Virus record (IMG/VR): IMGVR_UViG_3300045993_000204
Coordinates: 1 to 58,104 of that record
DNA: 58,104 nt
Origin: a virus
Lineage: Duplodnaviria; Caudoviricetes
Strand: one strand, 5' to 3'
Shown here: piece after piece, positions 45,235-54,749 of the stretch
How the letters are laid out: every line of letters begins with the position of its first letter
Position numbering within the stretch: the first letter of the stretch is position 1
Made by a program: the position numbers and the translations under genes
Notes under the pieces: model-generated
The model's database searches: none
What the model saw: only the letters and a program-made list of their open reading frames with translations
What the model was told of the DNA's origin: nothing

Positions 45235-46326
45235 ATGTCATCCAAATACCCCGGTGGATTTATCACAAAGAGCCCTGTTGCGCCTACCACTTCTGCTGCC
45301 AGCGGTGTGTGGACTTTGGATCAGGCCATGCAGTACACCAAAGCAGGCACGTGGCCGACACCGGTTGTATACATTCAGGATATATTTGCAGCAACAACCT
45401 ATACAGGTAATGGCTCCACGCAGACTATTACCAATAGTATTGATCTGGTAAGTAATGCCGGGCTGGTTTGGGTGAAGAACAGAACAACTGCTGACGGACA
45501 CGCTTTGTATGACACCACAAGAGGGGTAAACAATAAGTTGGCGACAGACGCTACTACAGCGCAAACTGCTTCTGGTGGCATCACGGCATTTTCATCAACA
45601 GGGTTCAGTTTGGATTCTTTAGCCAATGTAAACAGAAACGCAAACTCCCTTGTAGCTTGGACCTTCCGCAAAGCCCCCAAGTTTTTCGATGTGGTGACTT
45701 ATACGGGGAATGGCGCAACCGGTAGAACCATCAGTCATTCACTAGGCATCACTCCAGGTTTTATTATCATAAAACGCACAGATTCCACCAGCGATTGGGC
45801 AGTATGCCATTGTCACGATGGTACAGTCGGGCATTACGGATTTTCGCTAAACACTGCAAATTCCTCTCGTGCTTCAGGCCCCGTATACCACACATCAACA
45901 CTGATAAATCTTGACACGGTAACGACGTACACTAATTTCAATGTAGCGATGAATGTTAATGGTGCTACTTACGTTGCTTATGTGTTTGCAAGTAATACAG
46001 CAGCCAACGGACTTATTCAATGCGGCACGTTACTCAGCGATGCAAATGGGCGCGCTAATGTAACCCTAGGGTGGCAACCCCAATTTGTGTTGTATAAAAA
46101 TATAGACTTTAACGGTCCTTGGCTTATGGATGATACAGCTAGGGGGTGGACATCGACAGGATGGTCTGACTTGGTACCAAATACTTCTAATGCAGAAGTT
46201 GTTAATGCTCTCCCTTACTGGTTTCCGACAGCAACGGGTATGTCTTCTGGCGTATCATTTGGTCCTTTTATGGTGTCTAGTACCTACATTTACGTTGCCA
46301 TCCGTAACTATCCGTACCCTGTATGA
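45235..46326 (+). CDS. Putative receptor-binding/tail protein
   Basis: YTGNG repeats, LVWVKNR, FFDVVTYTGNG; shares its N-terminus with 43941. Confidence 0.65.
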   Translation: MSSKYPGGFITKSPVAPTTSAASGVWTLDQAMQYTKAGTWPTPVVYIQDIFAATTYTGNGSTQTITNSIDLVSNAGLVWVKNRTTADGHALYDTTRGVNNKLATDATTAQTASGGITAFSSTGFSLDSLANVNRNANSLVAWTFRKAPKFFDVVTYTGNGATGRTISHSLGITPGFIIIKRTDSTSDWAVCHCHDGTVGHYGFSLNTANSSRASGPVYHTSTLINLDTVTTYTNFNVAMNVNGATYVAYVFASNTAANGLIQCGTLLSDANGRANVTLGWQPQFVLYKNIDFNGPWLMDDTARGWTSTGWSDLVPNTSNAEVVNALPYWFPTATGMSSGVSFGPFMVSSTYIYVAIRNYPYPV

Positions 46327-47228
46327 AACCCGAATCCTTCCCTGCTGTAGTTGACTTCCAGAGCGCGAACATGCGGCCAGAGTACCAAGGCGGCTTACTG
46401 TCTTGCACGACTTTCGGTGCAACGTCCGCGCTGGAAGCGATGGCAGATAGGGCAGGATTTCCACAGCAACTATCGCCCAGGTTTCTATGGTTTTACTCTG
46501 ACAAATCCCGTCTGAGTGTAGAGTCAGTTGTCGCCACGATCAACCGCGTCGGAATTTGCCGTGACGAACTCTGCCCTTACGTTGCAAGCACGACGCCCCC
46601 CTACACAGTCAAAGACTCTGAAGAACTACCCGATCTCGCTGCGCTGCTGGATGCACAGGCGACGAAGATCAAAATCACTGTCGAGCGCATTGCAGGCAAA
46701 GACGAAGTGATGAGAGCGCTGGCAACCGGTCACTCCCTGATCTCTGTGCGCGTCAACCCAAGCGGCTCTGAACATGTTGAAGCAATCATTGGCTACGACG
46801 ACAAAGGCGTCAAGGTGCACGGCAGCGGTTACAGCATCTACCATGAGCCTTGGGAAAGCCTTGGCCTAGTCATCACGCAGCTTTGGAAGATCACATCATG
46901 CCCGTGGGCACCAGTGCCGCATCCTGATTACTACGAGGGCGACCAGCCAGTGTTTGACGGCACCACACTGACGATACCGCAGATTGATCTCATTGGCCCG
47001 GACTTCAAGTCCAGCCGGTTCAACAGCGTAAAAGTCACGTTCGACAACTTCGGCAGGATAGACACCAATAGCGGCTCAATTGCGTGGCGCAACGTGCCTA
47101 CATTCAACATCAGAAGCGATGTCCTTGCCCTTCCTGTACTGACCTATCAAGGTCAGCGCTATACCCGCATCAGTCTCACAAACCCCATGCTAAAGGTAGT
47201 CGGCTATGAAACGCCAGCAGCACCGTAG
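46323..47228 (+). CDS. Papain-like (C1) cysteine peptidase
   Basis: P..VD....QG..SC..F...ALE, LSPRFL, G.C....PY, H...IIGYD. Confidence 0.7.
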   Translation: MKPESFPAVVDFQSANMRPEYQGGLLSCTTFGATSALEAMADRAGFPQQLSPRFLWFYSDKSRLSVESVVATINRVGICRDELCPYVASTTPPYTVKDSEELPDLAALLDAQATKIKITVERIAGKDEVMRALATGHSLISVRVNPSGSEHVEAIIGYDDKGVKVHGSGYSIYHEPWESLGLVITQLWKITSCPWAPVPHPDYYEGDQPVFDGTTLTIPQIDLIGPDFKSSRFNSVKVTFDNFGRIDTNSGSIAWRNVPTFNIRSDVLALPVLTYQGQRYTRISLTNPMLKVVGYETPAAP

Positions 47229-47315
47229 CAAGCAGGAACAGCAGGACGCACGCGATAGGCGTCTTATGCGAAAGCGTAAAAAAGAGTCGCAAGAATTAAA
47301 ACTTGAAAGACGCAA

Positions 47316-47726
47316 ATGAACGAAGTTATCCCCATCGTCGAGCAATGCGAAGCTACAACTACCACCTACTGTGGAGTGGAACGCCGTGCTGACTGGCACA
47401 CACCGGAGGACTGCCACAAGCTACTTGGCGTACAAGGCGCGATGGACGGGGTTAACAAGCGCCTGGATGCAGGCAGCGCAAGGATGGAAAGCATTGAGAA
47501 AACTATCAAAACCAACAACGACGCAGCGTTGATACACAGGCACAAGTTTGAATCAACACTTGAGACAAACACCGAAGCGACGGGGGAGATTCTAGAGATC
47601 GTCACCGCGCTAAAAGGCTTTATCAAGATCACCGCAGCTATTGGCAAAGTAGTTGGATGGGCTGCGGCAATCATCGCACCGCTGCTTGCTATCTGGTACA
47701 CGATAAGCCAAGGGCCATCTAAATGA
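47316..47726 (+). CDS. Putative holin/antiholin-like membrane protein
   Basis: C-terminal TM helix; upstream of the endolysin. Confidence 0.5.
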   Translation: MNEVIPIVEQCEATTTTYCGVERRADWHTPEDCHKLLGVQGAMDGVNKRLDAGSARMESIEKTIKTNNDAALIHRHKFESTLETNTEATGEILEIVTALKGFIKITAAIGKVVGWAAAIIAPLLAIWYTISQGPSK

Positions 47727-47818
47727 GCGAGGGCATCGGTTGGGGGTTAGTCGGGATGCTGGTCTTTGTGATCATCGTTCTTATCGGAATCATTGCGGAG
47801 CATGAACAAGATGATTGA
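47723..47818 (+). CDS. 31-aa single-pass membrane peptide in the lysis cassette
   Basis: ATGA-coupled; MSEGIGWGLVGMLVFVIIVLIGIIAEHEQDD. Confidence 0.5.
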   Translation: MSEGIGWGLVGMLVFVIIVLIGIIAEHEQDD

Positions 47819-47854
47819 TTTATTTTGGGATCTTTTGCAGGAATGGATTGACCT

Positions 47855-48334
47855 ATGGATGCCAAGCAGAAAGCGATAGCACTCGCGCTGGCTACAGCCA
47901 TTGCAGTACCGGCAGAGGGGCTACGCCAGTACGCCTATCGGGATGTCACGGGCTTGCCTACTGTGTGCTTCGGTAGCACAACTGGCGTAAAGATGGGTGA
48001 CTTCAGAACCATCCCCGAATGCAAAGCATTACTTACAAAGGAAATGAGCGATGTCATATCAACCGTGGACTCATGCCGCCCAGGGCTACCGACAACGGTA
48101 CTGGCCGCGTTCGCTGATGCAGCCTATAACCTCGGAGAACGAATCGCCTGTGACACCACCAGAAGCACCGCAGCCCGATACCTCGCCCGAGGAGACTATG
48201 CACGAGCTTGCCGGGAGCTTCCCCGATGGAATCGCGCTCGCGTTGCAGGAGTTTCGGTTGAGTTGCCCGGACTGACAAAGCGCAGGAACATGGAAATGGA
48301 ACTGTGCTTAAGTGGGTTGGAGACTACGCCATGA
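47855..48334 (+). CDS. SAR endolysin (GH24 lysozyme)
   Basis: Weakly hydrophobic N-terminus, E-x8-D-x5-T triad, LPGLTKRR..E..LC. Confidence 0.88.
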   Translation: MDAKQKAIALALATAIAVPAEGLRQYAYRDVTGLPTVCFGSTTGVKMGDFRTIPECKALLTKEMSDVISTVDSCRPGLPTTVLAAFADAAYNLGERIACDTTRSTAARYLARGDYARACRELPRWNRARVAGVSVELPGLTKRRNMEMELCLSGLETTP

Positions 48335-48768
48335 ACCTACAACTCACAATCATCTCATCCATCATCAGCGTAGCACTGAGTTTCAGCGCCGCTTGGAGAC
48401 TTCAAGATTGGCGCTACAAATCACAGGAGAAAGATCGTGTTGAACAGCAATTGGAGGATCAGCGACTGGCAACAAAGGCGATTACGCGCCGCGACACGGC
48501 AGTCATCGAAGCCCAAAATCAGTCCGCTATTCGTGAGCGGGGTTTGCGCCTGGACGCTGCTGGGAGTCGTGATGCTCTTGTTGGGCTGTCAGACGCGATT
48601 GACTCAGCCCTGCGAGACGCAGCCGCTTCCCAAGCAGCCTGCTCTCAGCGAGCCGCTTCCCTCGGAGACGTACTCAAAGCAAGCTCAAACAGCTATCAAG
48701 GGCTGGCAGAAATCTGTGACCGACACGCCAGTGACGTCAAAACCTTGAGTGATGCTTGGCCAAAGTGA
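48331..48768 (+). CDS. Rz-like inner-membrane spanin
   Basis: N-terminal TM helix and coiled coil; follows the endolysin. Confidence 0.75.
   Translation: MNLQLTIISSIISVALSFSAAWRLQDWRYKSQEKDRVEQQLEDQRLATKAITRRDTAVIEAQNQSAIRERGLRLDAAGSRDALVGLSDAIDSALRDAAASQAACSQRAASLGDVLKASSNSYQGLAEICDRHASDVKTLSDAWPK
48533..48748 (+). CDS. Rz1-like outer-membrane lipoprotein spanin embedded in Rz
   Basis: +1 frame; lipobox LLGC; Pro-rich mature part. Confidence 0.7.
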   Translation: MSGVCAWTLLGVVMLLLGCQTRLTQPCETQPLPKQPALSEPLPSETYSKQAQTAIKGWQKSVTDTPVTSKP

Positions 48769-48839
48769 TTTCATTTTATTCAATTTCAGCGTATAATTTA
48801 GTCTGATGTAAGCTGCACCAGCTTTGAAACACTATAGGA

Positions 48840-49478
48840 GTGCCAATGGCTTACACAATGACCTACAGCAGCCTGCTGGACGACGCCCGCCGGTACCTGG
48901 AGCGCGGGTTTACTGCTGAATCCGACCCTATCGTCTACGAGCAACTGCCCCGCCTCATCACACTAGCTGAGCGCAGGATAGCCCGCGAGCTGAAGATCCA
49001 AGGCTTCATTCGGGCTGTGTCTACCACACTTGCGGTAGGAGTGGCTACATATCTCAAGCCTGACCGGTGGCGGGACACCATCAGCATGCGTATTGCCGAT
49101 ACGTCGTTATTTGCCCGCAGCTATGAGTACTGCAGGTTCTATTGGCCCACTGAGTCCAATACAGGCACGCCCAAGTTCTACTCTGACTATGACTATAACC
49201 ACTGGCTCATCTGCCCCACCCCGGCGGTAGACACCCCTGTGGAAATCATGTACTATGAGCAGCCCGCGCTCCTCGGCGAAGACAGTACAACTAACTGGAT
49301 GACTGAGTATGCGCCTGACGTGCTGTTGTATGCTGTACTGCTGGAGGCTTCCCCGTTCTTGAAGAAAGATGAACGCATAGCCACCTGGCAAGCAATGTAC
49401 GACAGAGCTGCCCAGGCGCTGAACGGCGAAGACCTGAAGAAGATCATGGACCGTGCGTCCAACAGGAGTGAAGCATGA
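48840..49478 (+). CDS. Tail adaptor / tubular protein A-like
   Basis: TYSSL...I.LAE.RI.R.L...P.FY...PTP...APDVLLYA.L.EA. Confidence 0.7.
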   Translation: MPMAYTMTYSSLLDDARRYLERGFTAESDPIVYEQLPRLITLAERRIARELKIQGFIRAVSTTLAVGVATYLKPDRWRDTISMRIADTSLFARSYEYCRFYWPTESNTGTPKFYSDYDYNHWLICPTPAVDTPVEIMYYEQPALLGEDSTTNWMTEYAPDVLLYAVLLEASPFLKKDERIATWQAMYDRAAQALNGEDLKKIMDRASNRSEA

Positions 49479-50665
49479 GTTACACCGACGTCTTCGGAGG
49501 GGCCAACATTTACCCCTCCGAGATCAATTACAGCGCTCTGACGGTAACTGCTGACGTAGTGCTCAGTTGGCCGGAAGAGACTTCCGCCGCTACATACTTT
49601 GCCACCAGGATAATGGACCTGTCGTCTTCAGTAGACGGGTGGGTTGTTAGGATGCCTGACGGGTCAAAAGCGGGTACAGGCGCGACAGTGCTGTTCAACA
49701 ACGTTGGTTCAGCTTCCATCATAGTTAGCAAATCTACCGGGGTTCAGATCGTCAGCCTTGCTGCTGGGGAGCAGTGGCAGGTCTACTTGACTGACAACAC
49801 CACAGCTGCAGGCACATGGCGTGCGCTCCAGTACGGGGCAGCAGTGTCTAACGCCAACGCATCTGCCCTAGCCGGAACCGGCATAGTTGCTGTGGGCACG
49901 CAGCTTTCGCAGTCTGTGCCCGTTACCACTTTCAACTCTGACTATGCAGCAGCCGCAACCGACCGCGCCAAGATGTTTGTGTGGACCGGGGCAGCTGGTA
50001 ACTTCACCATTGCTGCAGCAAGTGTGCTAGGCGATAACTGGTTTACCTATCTTCGGAATAGCGGAACCGGCGCGGTTACTGTGGCCCCTGACGGCTCCCC
50101 AATAATTGACGGGGCAGCTACGCTTCTAGTTGAGCCTGGCGAGTCGGCAATCATTGCCACAGATGGGTCTAACTTCTATACCATTGGGTACGGACAGTCT
50201 GCTACTTTTGCCTTTGACTACACCGTCATTGATGTGGCTGGTACCGGCAGCTATACACTGGCAGGTACGGAGCTTAACCGAATAGCATACAACTTTACAG
50301 GTATTCTGACGGGCAGCCGTAATGTCATAGTTCCAAACACTGTTCAGCAGTACTGGATAAGCAACGTCACTACTGGGGCATTTGACTTTACTGTTAAGAC
50401 GCTGGCAGGGACAGGCATAACGCTAGCTAGCGGACAGCGCGCTATTTTCTACTGTGATGGAACAGATGTAGTGGACGCAGACTCCTCCACTGTGTCTACC
50501 CCTATTGCTGTTGCGCAAGGGGGCACAGGGTCTACTACAGCTTCAGGCGCTAGGATTAACTTGGGCGGGACTTCAGTTGGTATTGCACTATTTACAGCTG
50601 CTGATGTTACTGCAGCATGGACAGCCCTAGGCAACAGCCCGCTAATTACCGGGGGAACATTCTAA
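49475..50665 (+). CDS. Tail protein
   Basis: Beta-rich repeats, GGTG, C-terminal GGTF. Confidence 0.6.
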   Translation: MSYTDVFGGANIYPSEINYSALTVTADVVLSWPEETSAATYFATRIMDLSSSVDGWVVRMPDGSKAGTGATVLFNNVGSASIIVSKSTGVQIVSLAAGEQWQVYLTDNTTAAGTWRALQYGAAVSNANASALAGTGIVAVGTQLSQSVPVTTFNSDYAAAATDRAKMFVWTGAAGNFTIAAASVLGDNWFTYLRNSGTGAVTVAPDGSPIIDGAATLLVEPGESAIIATDGSNFYTIGYGQSATFAFDYTVIDVAGTGSYTLAGTELNRIAYNFTGILTGSRNVIVPNTVQQYWISNVTTGAFDFTVKTLAGTGITLASGQRAIFYCDGTDVVDADSSTVSTPIAVAQGGTGSTTASGARINLGGTSVGIALFTAADVTAAWTALGNSPLITGGTF

Positions 50666-52191
50666 TGGCTGAAGGTACTTCCGTTCTGCGCTCCCAGCCC
50701 GGGATTAAGCGGGACGGGACTAAGTACGACGGCGACTTCTACACTGATGGCCAGTGGATGCGCTTCCAGCGAGGGCTACCCCGTAAGATTGCAGGATACC
50801 GGTCAGTCAGCAAGTTCTTTACTGAGGTCTCTAGAGGGTTCACAAGCTACACCCAAATGCTGACGCAGTATTGCCACACAGGTTCAGCCAGTCTGCTGGA
50901 GCGAATAACACTGGATTCTACGTACAATAGTTCGATAGTTAGCGACCGCACCCCAACAACACTGACAGCTTCGGATAACAACAAATGGATGTTCGACTAT
51001 GAGTATGATTCGTCCACCACAGACAATTTGATACTGGCTCATGTTGCCCCAAACGGTGCATGTGTTTGCAATGATGTGGGAGGCCAGATATTCACAGGTT
51101 CTCTTATTGGGACTACAGCGCTAACTGAAGTCGTTATTCCAGCCGGGCGAAATGCCACAGGCGGGGTTATTGCCCTGCACCCTTACCTATTCTATTATGG
51201 GTCATCTGGCATTATTGGATGGTCAGTGCCTGGGACTTTAACAGACCTTGCGGGCGCCGGGTCAGGGGTTGCCCGCGTATGGGGCCAGAAGATCGTCAAA
51301 GGCTACCCGCTACGCGCAGGGGCTGGGTCTGCCCCTGCCGGGATCTTCTGGGCGTACGATGCGGTAATCAGGTCCTCATTCACAGGCGGATCTACTGTAT
51401 TCCAATTTGACGTGCTGGCTACAGGCACTTCCATCATGTCAGCTGACAGCGTGATTGACTACGACGGTGTCTTCTACTGGGCAGGGGTTGACCGGTTCAT
51501 GATGTTTAATGGCGTGGTGCGCGACGTGCCTAACGCAATGAACCACAACTGGTTTTTCCAGGGCATAAACAAGGCTCAGTCCTCCAAAGTATTTGCTTTC
51601 AAAGTGCCGTACTACGGGGAGATTTGGTGGTGCTATCCTAGAGGTTCGGCCGCTGAGTGCTCACATGCTATCATCTACAACGTCAGAGAAAATATATGGT
51701 ACGACACAGCCTTGCCTAGCTCTATGCGCACCGCAGGCTACTACAACAACGGCTACGCAGCTCCCCTGCTCACGGACGCAACTGAGAGCGCTGACGGGTT
51801 TAAGCTATGGGTGCATGAGCAAGGAATGGATAAAATTGACGGAACAAGTGTGCAGCCTATCCAGTCTTACTTTGAAACTGCGGACCTTAGCTCACTGGTT
51901 CAAGGGGTTAACTCCGCACTGCGCATATCTAAAATGGAGCCTGACTTTGTCCAATCAGGCAGTATGACTACGCAGATCAGGGGGCGAGCTAATGCTAGAG
52001 CGCCTGAAGTGGTTAGCCGGTCTTTCACTTTCCCGGACGTGGCGACGCTGCCGCAGGAGCAGCTGGTATTGCTTAAAGAACAGAGGCGTGAGCTTCGCAT
52101 TCGATTTGAGAGTAATGAAGTTGGCGGGGACTATCAAATGGGGCAGATCATCGGCCACCTGGACGCAGCTGACGGGACTACTCTCGGATGA
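50665..52191 (+). CDS. Tail nozzle / tubular protein B-like (P22 gp10-like)
   Basis: PGIKRDGT...RF..G.P.K..G; EIWWCYP...YN..EN.WY; TAATG start. Confidence 0.65.
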   Translation: MAEGTSVLRSQPGIKRDGTKYDGDFYTDGQWMRFQRGLPRKIAGYRSVSKFFTEVSRGFTSYTQMLTQYCHTGSASLLERITLDSTYNSSIVSDRTPTTLTASDNNKWMFDYEYDSSTTDNLILAHVAPNGACVCNDVGGQIFTGSLIGTTALTEVVIPAGRNATGGVIALHPYLFYYGSSGIIGWSVPGTLTDLAGAGSGVARVWGQKIVKGYPLRAGAGSAPAGIFWAYDAVIRSSFTGGSTVFQFDVLATGTSIMSADSVIDYDGVFYWAGVDRFMMFNGVVRDVPNAMNHNWFFQGINKAQSSKVFAFKVPYYGEIWWCYPRGSAAECSHAIIYNVRENIWYDTALPSSMRTAGYYNNGYAAPLLTDATESADGFKLWVHEQGMDKIDGTSVQPIQSYFETADLSSLVQGVNSALRISKMEPDFVQSGSMTTQIRGRANARAPEVVSRSFTFPDVATLPQEQLVLLKEQRRELRIRFESNEVGGDYQMGQIIGHLDAADGTTLG

Positions 52192-52421
52192 GCCAATTCC
52201 TTACGCTCCCGGGTATCCTGGCTTTGCAAGACTGGGCTGATCAAGTGTGTCTAGACTTAGATGCCAATGGTCCTCTGTCCAGGCTAACTAATCCTGACCT
52301 GTGGCAAGATTGGGCTGTGCAGTTTCTAAGCTTGAATTCAATAGGGCGCAACCTGCCTAACCCATACGGGTTCAAAGAATGGCGTGACTGGGCAGAGCGG
52401 TTTTGTGGGGCGCTGTCATGA
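52188..52421 (+). CDS. Small Trp-rich protein
   Basis: Three (Q/R)DWA repeats; coupled at both ends. Confidence 0.65.
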   Translation: MSQFLTLPGILALQDWADQVCLDLDANGPLSRLTNPDLWQDWAVQFLSLNSIGRNLPNPYGFKEWRDWAERFCGALS

Positions 52422-52864
52422 GGCTCATCGGCCATGACAGAGAAGCTGAGGCAGTTGAGTGGGTCAAGTCCAAGATCGGGATTGAGCACGGGGTTGGCTA
52501 TACCCAAGCGTTCAGTGCTGTGGACAAGGATAACGGTTTTGCTTTAGTGGTTGTGCTGAGTAACTTCAGCCCCGGCAACATTGACATTCACATAGCGGGT
52601 GAGCCTGACAAGATCCGTCCCCGGGTTTTTGCGCAGATGTTCAATCAGGTGTTTAGCTACGCCTTTCAGAAGCTCGGTGCCCGTAGGGTTACCGGCTTGA
52701 TAGCAAGCAAGAATCAGCAAGCCATGAGGTTTGCAGAGCTTGCCGGGTTTACAAAAGAAGGGGTATTGCGTAACGCTTTACCTGACGATAGCGTCTGTAT
52801 ATATTGCCTGCTAGCGGGCGAGTATTTGAACCACAAATGGTACGAGGTCCCCAATGTTCAATAA
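52418..52864 (+). CDS. GNAT-fold acetyltransferase-like virion assembly protein
   Basis: F.YAF..L..RRVTGLI...N..A..F....GF..EG.LR. Confidence 0.75.
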   Translation: MRLIGHDREAEAVEWVKSKIGIEHGVGYTQAFSAVDKDNGFALVVVLSNFSPGNIDIHIAGEPDKIRPRVFAQMFNQVFSYAFQKLGARRVTGLIASKNQQAMRFAELAGFTKEGVLRNALPDDSVCIYCLLAGEYLNHKWYEVPNVQ

Positions 52865-54749
52865 GAAGATTTTGCTTGATCAAGCCCGCAACAACCCGCA
52901 GATGCAGCAGGCGATTGACGTTATTGAATCGCGGATTGGGAATGTCTCCCTCACCCCTGAGATCATTCAGGAAATCATAGACTTCCTAGAGCTAGTACTG
53001 AGTCAGCCTGACAAGTACCCGCAGATGCGCCAGATGGTCATCAGCGAGAAGTATGCCACAGCAGCGGAGCTACCTGAGAAGTTTGACCCCATGTACCTAG
53101 GGGCAATGCTTATTGCTTTCTACGGACTGCATGACAGGTACAGCCAGCCTGCTAAGTTTGCCCGGGGCGGGCTGGCACAGGCGGTCCAGCACGTTGCGGC
53201 TCAAGGGCGTGGGGGTGACTCCATGCTTGCGCATATCAACCCACGAGAGGCAGAAGCTCTCCGTCGCATGGGCGGTTCAGGCGCTATTAACCCCAACACA
53301 GGCATAGTGGAATTCAAAGGAGGCATCGGTAAGTTACTAGGCGCTATTGCCCCCATTGTTCTGAATTTTATTGTGCCCGGGGCGGGGGCTGCTTTGGGTA
53401 CCGCGCTTGGCGCAACCGGCGTAGGCGCTTCGATTCTTGGAGGTGCGCTAATCGGGGGGGCCTCTTCTGCGCTTACTGGTGGCAATGCCTTGCAAGGGGC
53501 CGTGCTAGGCGGCATGGGCGGGGGAGCAGGCGAATGGCTAGGCGGTGCCACCTCCAACGCGCTCGGGCTGGATCTAGGCGCAACTGCTAGCAAAGCGCTA
53601 GGCAGCGGGTTGATTGGCGGAGTAATGGGCGCAGCCACTGGCAAGGGAGCTCTACAGGGGGCAGCGTCAGGCGCGGCAGGCTCATACCTGGGCGACACAG
53701 TTGGCGGATTGGGCTCGGGTGCTATAGGGGCAGGAGCGCAGGGCGCAGGGTCAATGTTCGGCAACATGATGGCAGCTGGGTATGATGCGGAAGACGCACT
53801 GTCCGGGGCTGCGCTGTCAGGCTTAGCGGCAGGCATGGGGTACAAAGGGACTGATGACCCTTCCTGGACTAAGCCGTCAGAAGCTGTGGTTGACAGTCTA
53901 AAGAACCCTGCTCCTGTGTCTGATCCGTATTCTGCATCAAATACGTTTGACACAGGTACCCCACAATCCAAGGCGCTCTTCACCCCAGCAGTTGCAGAAG
54001 CTGCTGTCCCGACTCCTGGAGTACCTGCAGGATTAGGGGGAGCAGCTACAGACACCAATGGAAACATCATCGGCATGGGCAAGGCTGCAAGTGCTTCCCC
54101 ATTGGCCGCAGCTGGAGCAGCAACGCAAGGGGAAAGCGGGAACTGGCTCAAAGACATGACTGTAGACAAGATGGCTAAACTGACAGCTATTGCTTCTACC
54201 GTCACCAGCCTGATGAAAGCTCCCCCTGCGATTCAATCGGCAGTTAGCGCGCTGAACCCACAACAGCAAGCCTATCTGAACCAGCCTGCAGTTGCATGGG
54301 ACTGGAGCAAGATGCAGAATGACGCCAATCAGCAAGGTATGAGCTTGAAAGAGTACATGGCTAACAACTGGAATAAGATCAGCGCCTACGGGCAGTCTAA
54401 CCCAGCTACAGCAGGCCAATACAACATGCCTAAAGGACCGGCAATTGCCCCAATAGCGCCTATAGGTTCTGCTCCAAAACAATTCGCAAGGGGCGGGCCA
54501 CTCACTGCTTTTGCGCAAGGCGCAGGGTCCGGGCGGGACGACACCATAGACGCCCGACTGTCGGATGGTGAGTACGTCATGGATGCAGAAACTGTGGCTT
54601 TACTAGGCGATGGGTCAAACAAGGCCGGGGCAGCAAGGCTAGATCAGATGCGTGAAGCTATTCGGGAGCATAAAGGCAAATCACTTGCAAGAGGCAAAAT
54701 TAGCGCAGACGCTAAGATGCCTCTGGCGTACCTCAAAGGAGCAAAATAA
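52854..54749 (+). CDS. Putative ejection/internal protein
   Basis: GRGGDSMLAHINP.E...GGSG.INP.TG..EF, a Gly-rich membrane-like region, LSDGEYV; two FARGG motifs. Confidence 0.7.
   Translation: MFNKKILLDQARNNPQMQQAIDVIESRIGNVSLTPEIIQEIIDFLELVLSQPDKYPQMRQMVISEKYATAAELPEKFDPMYLGAMLIAFYGLHDRYSQPAKFARGGLAQAVQHVAAQGRGGDSMLAHINPREAEALRRMGGSGAINPNTGIVEFKGGIGKLLGAIAPIVLNFIVPGAGAALGTALGATGVGASILGGALIGGASSALTGGNALQGAVLGGMGGGAGEWLGGATSNALGLDLGATASKALGSGLIGGVMGAATGKGALQGAASGAAGSYLGDTVGGLGSGAIGAGAQGAGSMFGNMMAAGYDAEDALSGAALSGLAAGMGYKGTDDPSWTKPSEAVVDSLKNPAPVSDPYSASNTFDTGTPQSKALFTPAVAEAAVPTPGVPAGLGGAATDTNGNIIGMGKAASASPLAAAGAATQGESGNWLKDMTVDKMAKLTAIASTVTSLMKAPPAIQSAVSALNPQQQAYLNQPAVAWDWSKMQNDANQQGMSLKEYMANNWNKISAYGQSNPATAGQYNMPKGPAIAPIAPIGSAPKQFARGGPLTAFAQGAGSGRDDTIDARLSDGEYVMDAETVALLGDGSNKAGAARLDQMREAIREHKGKSLARGKISADAKMPLAYLKGAK

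Noticed and set aside
43941-46326. Diversity-generating retroelement acting on tail genes
   Set aside because: No reverse transcriptase and no template/variable repeat pair were seen
53201-54205. 334-aa antisense ORF and other shadow ORFs (for example 6879-7217, 6979-7314, 26230-26742)
   Set aside because: They mirror Gly/Ala-rich or repetitive sense genes, lack motifs and oppose the operon direction
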